Positions 26,070 to 35,915 of a stretch of DNA of 64,000 bases are shown here, one piece after another. The notes beneath the pieces are model-generated. The model ran no database searches. It saw only the letters and a program-made list of their open reading frames with translations, and had not been told where the DNA came from. The stretch comes from an archaeon (GTDB lineage Archaea; Nanobdellota; Nanobdellia; Pacearchaeales; JAPDKA01): positions 2,065-66,064 of the forward strand of contig JAPDKA010000003.1 in assembly GCA_029258825.1 (NCBI GenBank), given 5' to 3'. Each line of letters starts with the position of its first letter. The first letter of the stretch is position 1. The position numbers were made by a program, and so were the translations under genes.

Positions 26070-28040
26070 GTGTCGATAAGTTTTTTAATATGTACACCAT
26101 TGCTTATTATGCTTTACATAGAACTCGCAGAGCTTTACGAGAAATTAGAAGCAACTACAAAAAGACTAGAAAAAACTTTTCTGCTTGCAAATTTTCTGAA
26201 AAAAGCAATTGGGATGTTTAAGCAAAAAAAACTTAGCGAAGAACAACTTAAAGATCTTGCTTATCTTGTACAAGGTAAAATAATGCCAACATGGAGCGAA
26301 TCTGAAATCGGTATAAGCTCGCAATTAATTATCAAATGTATCTCAAAAGCAACAGGAATTAACGAAGAACAAATAGTGAAGCTATGGAAAGAGGTCGGCG
26401 ATCTCGGTAAAGTTGCTGAAACTGCTAGTAGTAAGAAAAAACAAGTTACATTGTTTAGCAAAGCATTAACAGCAAGTAAAGTTATTGAAAATCTAAGAAA
26501 AGCAAGTAAAGTTGAAGGAGAAGGCAGTGTTGACAAAAAAATCATGCTTGTTGCAGAACTGCTAACAAATGCTCAACCAAAAGAAGCCCGTTACATAGTA
26601 AGAACGATTCTTGAAGAATTGCGTATTGGTGTTGGAGAAGGTATTGTTCGTGATGCAATAGTCCAAGCAACAATGCCGATAGCTACGCCATTATTTGTAA
26701 AATGCAAAAATTGCAATGCAATTGTGCCGCAACAAAATTATTGTGTTAATTGTCAAAAACAACTTGATGCAGAGGCGCTTAATGGAGATAAGCTAAGCTA
26801 TGAAGAAGTTGTAAAACTTATACAGCATAAAAAGCAATTGCCAAATGTAATAGTTGCATCAAGCATAGATGAAGCACGCAAGATTTATCAGCTGTTTATT
26901 GATAAAGTGCAAGAAGCGTATGATATTTCTGCAGATTTTGGCGAAGTGTTAATCAAAGCTGCGAGAAGCATTTACGAACTTGACAAGATAGAACTAAAAC
27001 CAGGAAAACCTGTAAAGGTGATGCTTGCATTAAAAGCATCAAACATTGAAGAAGCATTCAGTAAAGTTGGTAAGCCGGCACAAATCGAATATAAATATGA
27101 TGGATTTCGCGTGCTTATTCACAAAAGTAAAGATGGAAAAATCAAGATTTTCACAAGGCGTCTAGAAGATGTGACAAAACAATTTCCAGAAATTGTGCAA
27201 TATGTTAAACAGCAAGTAAATGCTGAAAGTTTTATTATTGACGGTGAAGCTGTCGGCTATGATCCAAAAACAAAGAAATATAGACCATTCCAAGAGATAA
27301 GTCAAAGAATAAAGCGTAAATACCATATTGCAGAGATGGCAAAAGAATTGCCTGTAGAAGTGCATATTTTTGATATTCTTTATTTAAATGGTAAAAGCAC
27401 AATCAAACTTAAGTTTGGTGAAAGGCGTAAACTGATAGAAAAAATTATTAAGCCTGTACCATATAAACTTGTTCTTGCTAAGAAGTGTGTTACTTCAAGT
27501 GTTGAGGAAGCAGAAGCATTCTACAATGAAGCGCTTGATAATGGCCAAGAAGGTGTGATGTTCAAAAACCTTGAAGCACCATACAAGCCTGGCGCTAGAG
27601 TCGGTTATATGCTAAAGCTTAAGCCGGAAAAAGCGACTCTTGATTTAGTTATTGTTGGTGCAGAGTGGGGTACAGGTAAACGAAGCGGTTGGCTAAGTAG
27701 TTTTGTTGTTGCGTGCTATGATAGCATTACTGGGCGTTGGTTGACAGTTGGTAAAGTAGGCACGGGTGTGAAAGAAAAAGAAGCCACAGGGCTGACGTTT
27801 GAACAGCTTACAGAAATGTTAAAACCACTGATTATTGAAGAGAAAGGGAGAGAAGTAAAAATAAAACCACAGGTTGTTGTTGAAGTAATGTACCAAGAGA
27901 TACAAAAAAGTCCAACTTATGAAAGTGGATATGCCTTACGTTTTCCACGTATAATTAGATTAAGACCAGATAAAGCACCGGAAGAGGCCGATACGATTGA
28001 TACAATAATAAAATACTACAAAGAACAGGGTGCAAAGTAA
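26070..28040 (+). CDS. lig: ATP-dependent DNA ligase with an inserted C4 zinc-ribbon segment
   Basis: KYDG adenylation motif EYKYDGFRVLIHK, the C-terminal OB domain, and N-terminal LAELYEKLE. The probable true start is the internal Met at 26109. CKNCNAIVPQQNYCVNCQKQ lies in an insertion of about 80 aa between the DNA-binding and adenylation domains. Confidence 0.85.
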   Translation: MSISFLICTPLLIMLYIELAELYEKLEATTKRLEKTFLLANFLKKAIGMFKQKKLSEEQLKDLAYLVQGKIMPTWSESEIGISSQLIIKCISKATGINEEQIVKLWKEVGDLGKVAETASSKKKQVTLFSKALTASKVIENLRKASKVEGEGSVDKKIMLVAELLTNAQPKEARYIVRTILEELRIGVGEGIVRDAIVQATMPIATPLFVKCKNCNAIVPQQNYCVNCQKQLDAEALNGDKLSYEEVVKLIQHKKQLPNVIVASSIDEARKIYQLFIDKVQEAYDISADFGEVLIKAARSIYELDKIELKPGKPVKVMLALKASNIEEAFSKVGKPAQIEYKYDGFRVLIHKSKDGKIKIFTRRLEDVTKQFPEIVQYVKQQVNAESFIIDGEAVGYDPKTKKYRPFQEISQRIKRKYHIAEMAKELPVEVHIFDILYLNGKSTIKLKFGERRKLIEKIIKPVPYKLVLAKKCVTSSVEEAEAFYNEALDNGQEGVMFKNLEAPYKPGARVGYMLKLKPEKATLDLVIVGAEWGTGKRSGWLSSFVVACYDSITGRWLTVGKVGTGVKEKEATGLTFEQLTEMLKPLIIEEKGREVKIKPQVVVEVMYQEIQKSPTYESGYALRFPRIIRLRPDKAPEEADTIDTIIKYYKEQGAK

Positions 28041-28110
28041 ATGTAAAATAATTTTTGAGAGTTTTTTGATAATTTTTTCAAAACTAATAAATAGTAACAA
28101 ACACCAAAAG

Positions 28111-28128
28111 CTTTTTAAATAGTTTTTT
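28111..28128 (+). promoter_or_regulatory. Promoter (ctttttaaatagtttttt) about 20 bp upstream of the ATG at 28142
   Basis: Same motif and spacing as 7225-7246. Confidence 0.4.
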
Positions 28129-28141
28129 CTTAGGTTTAAGC

Positions 28142-28498
28142 ATGGCAAAGTTAGTAGAAGTTATGAAAACTGAAATTGAAAACTTTGGCATTTTACCTTT
28201 CTTGCGAAAAAAGGATTTAGAAGTGCAAATATTACAAGAAAGCAAGCAAAAAACTGTAAAATGCTACATAAATGGTAAACCTGCACAGATTTACATCGTT
28301 CAATGTGTCGATGAAAACAATGAAAATTGCATACTCCTTTATTCTTTGAAAGGAAACAGAAAAATGAAGAGTGCATCAATGCCTTATTATTTTGCTGAAA
28401 ATATCTTAAAAAAAGTGAAAGAAGTAAAGCCACCTGAAATTAACGGTTGGTACATACCACTCAAATTTGTTGCCTTTCCAATTTACAAAATTGGCTGA
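28142..28498 (+). CDS. hypothetical protein
   Basis: 118-aa ORF downstream of a promoter-like motif, with no recognisable domain. Confidence 0.45.
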   Translation: MAKLVEVMKTEIENFGILPFLRKKDLEVQILQESKQKTVKCYINGKPAQIYIVQCVDENNENCILLYSLKGNRKMKSASMPYYFAENILKKVKEVKPPEINGWYIPLKFVAFPIYKIG

Positions 28499-28858
28499 TA
28501 ATAATTTAACTCTACAGACTCTACAGACTTATACGCTTCCTGGCTACTGGTTAGTTGAAGAAGGGTTGGTAACTTATCTTGAATTTTTTATATAGATAAC
28601 AAAACAGAAAAAATTTTGGAGTACTCAAAAATACAAGATTGGTGCTGTAAGTTCTATGGAAAAGCTGCGATGAGATGGTACAGTTTCTTAAAAAATAAAA
28701 AAATAATGTAAATAAAAAAAATAAAAAGTTATTTCAAGTTATTAGAAAAATCTGAAGAAGAAAAAAATTTTTGGAAAAAGCTACATAATTCAGCAATAAA
28801 TCAAAATAGGTTTGTGAAATGAATTAATTAAGTTCGATGTCGATAATTTTTTATATAT

Positions 28859-29461
28859 ATGCTTCTTATCAAAACTATGCAATTTGATGAACTGTTAAAG
28901 TCACGATACTCTTGCAGACATTTTAGCATTGTTAATGGCAAACCTGAAAAGATATCATTGGACAAACTTATAGAGATATGCAATGCTGCAAGACTCACGC
29001 CAATGGCAGGAAACATATATAGCATCAAACTTATTCTTGTTACAGATAGGGAAAAAATAATTAAGCTTGCACAAGCCAGCATGCAATCATGGGTTGCTAA
29101 TGCTTACGCAATTATTGTAGTTTGTACAGATGGAAAGCAAACGAGGATTGCTTACGGCAAAGATGCTGAACGTTATTTGCCACAACAAGCAGGTGCGGCA
29201 ATACAAAACATGCTTCTTAAAGCAACCGAGTTAGGCATTGGTAGTTGTTGGGTTGGTGCATTTTATGAAGAAAAGGTTAAAGAAATATTAGGAATTCCAG
29301 ACGACATCAAGGTGGAAGCGATGGTTGTTTTAGGCATGCCAACAAAAAATAAGTTAAAAAAAAGGTTACTCAAACAAAAACCAAAACCAGAATTAAGAAA
29401 CATTTTATATTTTGACAAGTGGAAAGGAAAACGATACAAAGAGAAAGTTCCGGGAGCATAA
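28859..29461 (+). CDS. nitroreductase-family flavoprotein
   Basis: LLKSRYSCRHFS at the N-terminus and AIQNMLLKATELGIGSCWVG. C-terminal K-rich tail. Confidence 0.7.
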   Translation: MLLIKTMQFDELLKSRYSCRHFSIVNGKPEKISLDKLIEICNAARLTPMAGNIYSIKLILVTDREKIIKLAQASMQSWVANAYAIIVVCTDGKQTRIAYGKDAERYLPQQAGAAIQNMLLKATELGIGSCWVGAFYEEKVKEILGIPDDIKVEAMVVLGMPTKNKLKKRLLKQKPKPELRNILYFDKWKGKRYKEKVPGA

Positions 29462-29483
29462 TTGTTTTGAAATTTTTTGAATA

Positions 29484-29536
29484 AATATTCATAATTCTGT
29501 TATGAATATATATTCATAACTAGTTCATCACTAGTT
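29484..29536. terminator. palindromic hairpins between the convergent nitroreductase and rtcB genes
   Basis: atattcataa (29485-94) / ttatgaatat (29500-09) is a perfect 10-bp inverted repeat with a 5-nt loop, plus aactag...ctagtt. Archaeal terminators are usually T-tracts, so a terminator function is inferential. Confidence 0.3.
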
Positions 29537-29542
29537 GATACT

Positions 29543-30997
29543 TTAACCTTTCAAAACGCCGAGAGGGGTAAAACGAGCAATTTTGATGTTTATACCATAA
29601 CCAACAACAGAATCAACTACTGCATCAACATCTTTGTATGCTTCAGGTGTTTCTTCTGCCAAACCCTTAAAGCCAGGACTTCTTGTTAATATGCCTCTCT
29701 TCTCTAAACGCTCTTTAACTTCTTTGCCTCTAAATAACTTTAATGCTTTATGCCTTGACATAGTCCTGCCCGAACCATGACAGCTACTACCAAATGTTTC
29801 ACGCATAGCTTTTTCTGTTCCTTCAAGTAAATAGCTAGCAGTACCCATACTACCAGCAATGAGCACAGGCATATCAGGAAAACTTCTTGTTGCACCTTTA
29901 CGATGCACATAGAGCCACTGCTGCTTACTTGTGCCAGGCAAAAAGTGCTTTTCATATTTAACAATATTATGACATATACTATAAATGAGATGCATATCTA
30001 AATCCTCCCATGAACTACCAAATACTTTTTCAAAGCTTTGTCTTGTCCAATGCAAAATGATTTGCCTGTTAGTGAATGCAAAATTAACTGCAGCTTGCAT
30101 TGCTTTAAAATAATCCTGACCTTCTTTACTGTTGACAGGAGCACAAACAAGTTGAGGATCCGGCAATTTAATGTTGTATTTTTTAACAGCACTTGCGTGA
30201 ATCTTCAAATAATCTGTTGCAACTTGATGGCCTAGTCCTCTTGAACCTGTATGAAGCATAATTGTTATTTGCCCTTCATGTGTAATGCCATATTTCTTCG
30301 CTCTTGCCTTATCATAAATTTTGTCAACTCTCTGTATTTCAAGAAAGTGATTACCACTGCCTAAAGTGCCAAGCTGTTCTAAACCACGACGTTTTGCAAG
30401 ATCGCTAACTTTACTTGCATCAGCACCATGCATCACGCCATGTTCTTCAGTCGCTTTTTTATCTTTTTCATTTGCGAATCCGTGCTGTATTGCCCAATCA
30501 ACGCCATTAGCAAGAACTTGATCAAGCTCATGAATGCTTAACTTAAGCCTTCCAGTTGCACCAACACCACAAGGAATAGCATCAAACAATACATCCAACA
30601 ATTTACTAAGTTTTGGTTTGACATCATCAACGCTAAGGTTTGTCCTTATTAACGACACACCACAATTAATATCAAAGCCACACATACCAGCACTAATAAC
30701 ACCATCCTCATTAAAAGCACCGACAGCGCCCATAGGCAAACCATAACCCCAATGCATGTCAGGCATAGCAAGAACAGGCTCAACCACACCAGGAAGCATG
30801 GCAACATTACTAAGTTGCTGCACAGCTTGATCTTCGGCAGCATCAATAATTGCTTTATTTGCGATTATTTTTGCATTAACATGCATTCCAGCACGGGCTG
30901 TTTTTGGCAATAACCATTCATAATCGCTAATTTTTCTCAATTTTTCCTTCCACATAATGCTTAAACACAGTAAGGGTTTAAAAATGTAGCGAGACAA
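29543..30997 (-). CDS. rtcB: RtcB RNA ligase (tRNA-splicing ligase)
   Basis: RtcB signatures DMHWGYG, CHGSGR, GVCAP, HNH-like. The likely true start is MWKEK (cat 30953-30955). Confidence 0.85.
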   Translation of the reverse strand: MSRYIFKPLLCLSIMWKEKLRKISDYEWLLPKTARAGMHVNAKIIANKAIIDAAEDQAVQQLSNVAMLPGVVEPVLAMPDMHWGYGLPMGAVGAFNEDGVISAGMCGFDINCGVSLIRTNLSVDDVKPKLSKLLDVLFDAIPCGVGATGRLKLSIHELDQVLANGVDWAIQHGFANEKDKKATEEHGVMHGADASKVSDLAKRRGLEQLGTLGSGNHFLEIQRVDKIYDKARAKKYGITHEGQITIMLHTGSRGLGHQVATDYLKIHASAVKKYNIKLPDPQLVCAPVNSKEGQDYFKAMQAAVNFAFTNRQIILHWTRQSFEKVFGSSWEDLDMHLIYSICHNIVKYEKHFLPGTSKQQWLYVHRKGATRSFPDMPVLIAGSMGTASYLLEGTEKAMRETFGSSCHGSGRTMSRHKALKLFRGKEVKERLEKRGILTRSPGFKGLAEETPEAYKDVDAVVDSVVGYGINIKIARFTPLGVLKG

Positions 30998-31041
30998 AAC
31001 ACGGAAATATTTAAAAGTAAAAAAATAATCAAAAAAGCAAA

Positions 31042-31518
31042 ATGAAAATAATTGTCACGTATGGTGTTGGAAAAGCCAGCACAGAGTTGGCAGCATTTCA
31101 CAATGCATTGAAAGATGCAGGCATAGAAATGTTCAACATTATAAAATTAAGTTCTGTCATTCCGGCCAATGCTACAGTTATAGTAGACGAAAACAAACAG
31201 CTTATTAATCAATTAAAGAAAAATGCAAAAGTGGGCGATAAACTTTATGCTGTGATAGCTGAAAAAGCCGGTAACAAAGTAGCAGCAGGTCTTGGATGGA
31301 GCATAACAGATAACGGTGGTATTTTTGTGGAGCATGTTGGTAAAAATAAGCAGGAAGTTGAAATGCTGATAAGAAAAAGTCTATCAGATATAGGCTTGAA
31401 CAATGTGCAAATGAAAATTGTTGAAGCAGCAACACAAAGCGAAAGCGAAATTGCTTGTGCAGTCGTTTGTGCCGTATATGCTATTGGGGGGTGGGATAAC
31501 TGTAAAAAAATTTATTAA
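31042..31518 (+). CDS. pdaD: pyruvoyl-dependent arginine decarboxylase
   Basis: GVGKASTELAAFHNALKDAGIEMFNIIKLSSVIP resembles PdaD, including the Ser-Ser self-cleavage site. 158 aa. Confidence 0.7.
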   Translation: MKIIVTYGVGKASTELAAFHNALKDAGIEMFNIIKLSSVIPANATVIVDENKQLINQLKKNAKVGDKLYAVIAEKAGNKVAAGLGWSITDNGGIFVEHVGKNKQEVEMLIRKSLSDIGLNNVQMKIVEAATQSESEIACAVVCAVYAIGGWDNCKKIY

Positions 31519-31539
31519 TGTTAGATTCTTTATAGTATC

Positions 31540-31818
31540 ATGGAAAGAAAATGGTATGAAATGCTGGATGAAGAAACAAAAAAACATTTTGAGAGGTTGG
31601 TGCTTGCTAGTTATTTGCATAAGCATGCATTTGAAAAAGCAGAAAGGCCTGCAATTGCCCAACTATGGATAGCACTAGCCATGTTAAGCAAGAAGAATGA
31701 AGAACTAACAAAAAAAATTAATGAAATAACGCAACAAATAAGCAGAAAAAAGCAGGCTAAGAAAAAAGCAAGCAAAACGAGAGCAAAAAAGGCAAAAATA
31801 AAAGCGAAAAAGAAATAA
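31540..31818 (+). CDS. hypothetical small basic protein with Lys-rich tail
   Basis: 92 aa with a C-terminal K/A-rich low-complexity region. Confidence 0.35.
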   Translation: MERKWYEMLDEETKKHFERLVLASYLHKHAFEKAERPAIAQLWIALAMLSKKNEELTKKINEITQQISRKKQAKKKASKTRAKKAKIKAKKK

Positions 31819-31853
31819 CGTTAAATCGGCAAGTTTCATATCTCTATGCATTG

Positions 31854-33077
31854 TTATCTTAATTGGTGTTCGATTTTCATAAGCCTTAATATCTTTGCCA
31901 TGCGTTCTCTTCCTGTAATGCCTACTTTAACATAATCTGCATGCCATGCAACAGCTAAATCAGCAAGCCAGTCATCAAGAGTCTCGCCAGAACGATGAGA
32001 AAAAACAAGTTTAATCTTATGCTTAATCGCAAGATCAACTATTTGTTTTGTTTTTATCAAACTACCAACCTGATTAGGCTTGATTATTATCGCATTTACT
32101 GCTTTCATCTTTATTGCTTTTTTTAACCTATCTATGTTTGTAGCAATAAGATCGTCACCACAAACTACAGCTTTGTTTTTGGTTTGTTGCAATAACAATG
32201 CAAAATAATCAAAGCTGTCTTCGGCAAATGCATCTTCAATATAAAAAAGATTGAACTGTTTTGTTATTGTGTTAACAAAACTGAGTTGTTGCTTTTCATT
32301 AAGCTTTGCTTTGCCTGGAAAGTTGTCATAGCAATAGTAATAGCCATTCCACAAACTTGATGCAGCAATATCAAGACCAAGCGATAGTTCTATTGAATAA
32401 TTTTTATTTATAAACTCCTTTACAGAGTCAAGCAATCTTAACACTGCAACATTGTCTAGTTGCGGACAATAAGCATTTTCATCTGTATAAGTAAACTTTA
32501 CTTTTGATTTTTTTAACATAACACCTATTTGTTTGTATGCTTGCATATTGATGAACTGTGCTTCAGCAAAAGATTTTGCTTTTGGCAATAGCAGAAATTC
32601 TTGAAAATCTGGTTTGATATGCTGAATGCTATGCTTGCCGCCCCCGATTGCGTTGCCTAAAGGTAAAGGCATTCGTTTAGGCTTTTTTTCTGCTAGGAAT
32701 TGCCATAGCTCAACTTGCTGGAGTTTTGCAAAAGCCCTAAGCAATGCCAACTCAAGAGCAAGCAAAGCATTACCACCTATATGCTTAAGCTGTTGAGTTG
32801 CATCATATTGTTTTGCAAGTTGTTCAAGTTTTGCAAGATCATCAAATTGCTCAATTTTAAAGTTGCTTGCTATTAGTTTTTTGCCTATCTCATTAACAAA
32901 ATTTATACTTTGTTTTATACCACCAACAGCAATGTCGCACACTTCATAAGCACTTTTACTTTTACCTTTTGGCACTGAAGCAGAAACAACAAAATTATCG
33001 CATTTAACAATAACTTCAATAGTCGTATCATTACGCGAATCTGTGATTGCCCTTGCCTTTATGCTTCTTAAATGCAT
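31854..33077 (-). CDS. eno: enolase (phosphopyruvate hydratase), divergent
   Basis: C-terminal signature SHRSGETLDDWLADLAV and an N-terminal RAITDSRNDTTIEV barrel start. Confidence 0.7.
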   Translation of the reverse strand: MHLRSIKARAITDSRNDTTIEVIVKCDNFVVSASVPKGKSKSAYEVCDIAVGGIKQSINFVNEIGKKLIASNFKIEQFDDLAKLEQLAKQYDATQQLKHIGGNALLALELALLRAFAKLQQVELWQFLAEKKPKRMPLPLGNAIGGGKHSIQHIKPDFQEFLLLPKAKSFAEAQFINMQAYKQIGVMLKKSKVKFTYTDENAYCPQLDNVAVLRLLDSVKEFINKNYSIELSLGLDIAASSLWNGYYYCYDNFPGKAKLNEKQQLSFVNTITKQFNLFYIEDAFAEDSFDYFALLLQQTKNKAVVCGDDLIATNIDRLKKAIKMKAVNAIIIKPNQVGSLIKTKQIVDLAIKHKIKLVFSHRSGETLDDWLADLAVAWHADYVKVGITGRERMAKILRLMKIEHQLR

Positions 33078-33165
33078 AACATTAAAGACATAATATGGTA
33101 TAAAAAAGCTTCGAAAAACAAAAAATGCGCAGTAGATTTAAATAACTTCATAAATTATAAGTCGC

Positions 33166-33870
33166 ATGAATTTTGCAAATAAAAGATTAAGCAGGATAAA
33201 TTGGGAAAGATATCACAATCCAAAATTAATAGAAAAATATAAAGAAAAAGCTATTGAAGGGTTGACAACAGAGGAAAAAGACATAATAAAGCAATACTGT
33301 CACAAATTTTTGAAAAAAAGAAACGTGAATGTGTTAGTTATAGGTAGCGGAAATGGACGAGAAATCTTTGGAATAAAAAATGAGTTCAACGTTAATTGGA
33401 AGTTTGTAGGCATAGATTATTCCCTGCCATTAATAAAACAAGCTAAAGAGATAAGAAAAAAATTCAATATAAAGAATGTTAGCTTCATTTGCAAGGATAT
33501 CACAAAAATAAAATTAAAAAAGAATAGTTTTGATATAGTTCTCGCATTTAACTGTTTTCTTGATCTGATCATTGGAAAAAACAAAGAAAAGCTAATTAAG
33601 AAAATTTCTGAATGGTGTAAACCTGGCGGGATTATTATATTCAATCTTAACCGAATACGTAACTTTTTACCTGAAATGTTTATCAAAATAATAAGAAAAG
33701 ATTTTTCTTTTGTGATAATAATGAATGATGAAATAGGGATCAAAACAGCTGTTAACCCGCTTCCTTCCTTTATTTACAAAAAGATTATCTTCAAAAAATA
33801 TTTAAAAATTATAAAAATTATTTTATGCAAACATACTTACTATATTGTTTGTACTTCAATTAGAAATTAA
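33166..33870 (+). CDS. class I SAM-dependent methyltransferase
   Basis: VLVIGSGNGRE (motif I), IDYS, DIVLAFNCF, and PGGIIIF. Confidence 0.5.
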   Translation: MNFANKRLSRINWERYHNPKLIEKYKEKAIEGLTTEEKDIIKQYCHKFLKKRNVNVLVIGSGNGREIFGIKNEFNVNWKFVGIDYSLPLIKQAKEIRKKFNIKNVSFICKDITKIKLKKNSFDIVLAFNCFLDLIIGKNKEKLIKKISEWCKPGGIIIFNLNRIRNFLPEMFIKIIRKDFSFVIIMNDEIGIKTAVNPLPSFIYKKIIFKKYLKIIKIILCKHTYYIVCTSIRN

Positions 33871-33875
33871 GAACG

Positions 33876-34325
33876 TTACTCCTCAAGTTCGCCTTCTTCA
33901 GCAGGTTTTTCTTCTTCGGTTTCTTCCTCTTCGACACCTTCAAGCATTTCTCTGACAGTTTCTTCAACAACTTCTTTTTCTGCCTCTTTCTTTTCCTCTT
34001 CAAGCTCTTCTTTTGGTTCAACAACTTCTTCAAGCTCAACAGCTTCTTCTTCAAGTTGCTCTATTTTTAGAGGAGCAGGCCTACGTATCGTGATAGGCAA
34101 CACACCCGCCATGAACTCAAGCTCAGCAATTTTTATAGGATCATAACGCACAGCACGGAGTTCATCATCGCTAAGTTTTAATAGTATAGGCGCATTCATG
34201 CTTATTTGCAATGCCCTCGCACCGATTATTCTAGCAATTTCAAATCTAGTGTAGTGCCTATAAATAGAAGGTATTTCTTCCTTAATACGGACTTGCAACG
34301 AATCTTTAAGGTATTCGCGCTTCAT
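33876..34325 (-). CDS. rpoK: DNA-directed RNA polymerase subunit Rpo6/RpoK with a long acidic C-terminal extension
   Basis: [22 protein letters not shown] matches the Rpb6/RpoK core. The last 65 aa or so are almost pure E/K/V. Confidence 0.65.
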   Translation of the reverse strand: MKREYLKDSLQVRIKEEIPSIYRHYTRFEIARIIGARALQISMNAPILLKLSDDELRAVRYDPIKIAELEFMAGVLPITIRRPAPLKIEQLEEEAVELEEVVEPKEELEEEKKEAEKEVVEETVREMLEGVEEEETEEEKPAEEGELEE

Positions 34326-34361
34326 GTTAGCCTAGCGAAGTTTAAGTTTAAAAATCTTGCT

Positions 34362-35204
34362 TTATTTTTCTTTGCTTGTTGCTTTTTTTGTTTTTGCTTT
34401 TTTTAACTCTTTCTTCACAATATCGAGCAAGTATGATGCCGCTTCTATAGCTCTATCAAAAGCACTGCCAAGTTCATCAATTGAAAACGGTTCTATGCCA
34501 TGTTTTTGCAATGCATTTATGACCGGCTTGTTTTTTGGAAATGATACAGCCACACTTATGCCAGCCTCAACAGTTTTTTCTTCAACACTTGTAGGGTCGA
34601 TAAGCAGATTACCATTTATTTTGTAAACAGTTACAAGTATTGGCATTTTATCGTCGACAAGCGGCAATGGCTTGTCTGTAAATTCACCAAACAATACTTT
34701 ATCGTTTTCGTATTTTGGTAGTACTGCAGTTTTCAAGGCTAAAACACTAGCAAGAGCTGCAGCATCAAGCAGGTTGCCATCATCATTGATAGGATAAATA
34801 TCAAGATAGATTGCCCAAACTTTTTCACCAGGTTTTATGCATAGTTTTTTAAAATCAATAAAACCGCTCTCACGAATACCTCTATCAATAATCCTGCTTA
34901 ACTCTATTGCTTTTGCATCGGGTGCGCCTGGCTCAAACTCGTCTGAAGCTAAAGGAATAAGTTCTGCTGACGTGATTAATATGCCTTCCTCCGGCGTATC
35001 AGGAAATGGTTCGAGAGCATTAAGCTTAACACCAGCAATAACCTTCGTATTGCCAAATTCTACCATTACACTGCCTTCAGCATTTTTTGAAACACCGAAT
35101 GTTATTTTTATGTCTCTATATTCGTCTGCTTTTCTGTTATCCAACCTTATATTTTCATCCAACAATTCTGCTATACGCTTTTTTGTTATTTTCGATATCT
35201 CCAT
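34362..35204 (-). CDS. rrp42: exosome complex component Rrp42 (RNase PH-like)
   Basis: RNase PH fold signature RLDNRKADEYRDIKITFG, and position after rrp41. Confidence 0.75.
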   Translation of the reverse strand: MEISKITKKRIAELLDENIRLDNRKADEYRDIKITFGVSKNAEGSVMVEFGNTKVIAGVKLNALEPFPDTPEEGILITSAELIPLASDEFEPGAPDAKAIELSRIIDRGIRESGFIDFKKLCIKPGEKVWAIYLDIYPINDDGNLLDAAALASVLALKTAVLPKYENDKVLFGEFTDKPLPLVDDKMPILVTVYKINGNLLIDPTSVEEKTVEAGISVAVSFPKNKPVINALQKHGIEPFSIDELGSAFDRAIEAASYLLDIVKKELKKAKTKKATSKEK

Positions 35205-35209
35205 TTTAT

Positions 35210-35914
35210 TTATTCATATTTTATTTTTTTCAACACATCAACTTGCAGCTTGTGTATTTTTTCGCATGCTTTTTGGCCTAGTTTTATTGCCTCAAGCAAT
35301 TCCTGCTTTGTTATATCACCATCAAGCTGAAGCAAGCTGATTTTTTTCGATATAGGTAAGTATGCTAATGCAATGTCTGTTGCCATCTTTACACCATTCT
35401 CTTCATAATCCTCCTCATCTTTGGAAACATCAACCACAAGCTTACCGCCGATTTTACCTACAGAAACTGCAGTGACAAGCTCTTTCATAGGTATGCCTGC
35501 ACTAGCTAATGCAAGCGATGCAGCATTTATACCAGCAACCCTTGTTGAAGCATTTGCCTGCATCACATAAACAAAAACATCAACAACAGCATTAGGAAAG
35601 TTTTCAAGCATCAACGCAGGCTCTAAAGCACGTGTTGACACGCTCGAAATCTCTATGCTTCGTCTTGTGGGGCCGGGCCTTTTGCGCTCTTTAACAGAGA
35701 AACTCATCATATCATAGTAAACCCTCAACAAAGCTTTTTCAGGATTTTGCAAATGCTGTGGATAAAGCTGTCTAGGCCCATAAACAGCAGCAATAGCTAC
35801 TGTATCACCGAATGCAAACAATGCCGAACCGTTTGCTTTAGGCACAACATTGATTTCTGCTCTGATCGGTCTAGTTTCATCAAACTTCCTACCATCAAAA
35901 CGTTTGGTGTACAT
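35210..35914 (-). CDS. rrp41: exosome complex exonuclease Rrp41 (RNase PH)
   Basis: RFDGRKFDETRPIRAEINV...GSALFAFGDT. Confidence 0.8.
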   Translation of the reverse strand: MYTKRFDGRKFDETRPIRAEINVVPKANGSALFAFGDTVAIAAVYGPRQLYPQHLQNPEKALLRVYYDMMSFSVKERKRPGPTRRSIEISSVSTRALEPALMLENFPNAVVDVFVYVMQANASTRVAGINAASLALASAGIPMKELVTAVSVGKIGGKLVVDVSKDEEDYEENGVKMATDIALAYLPISKKISLLQLDGDITKQELLEAIKLGQKACEKIHKLQVDVLKKIKYE

Positions 35915-35915
35915 T

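Noticed and set aside
28510-28531. Short tandem repeat ctctacagact x2
   Set aside because: Only two units of 11 bp, with no spacer or repeat architecture. This is not a CRISPR array or a meaningful satellite.
33860-34054. Lys-rich 64-aa ORF overlapping the rpoK 3' region
   Set aside because: It is an alternative frame of the GAA/GAG-rich acidic tail of RpoK, read as AAG/AAA. The same applies to 61489..61930 and 62163..62962 ORFs inside the L4 tail and L2/S19, and to 63698..63985 antisense to L22/S3.
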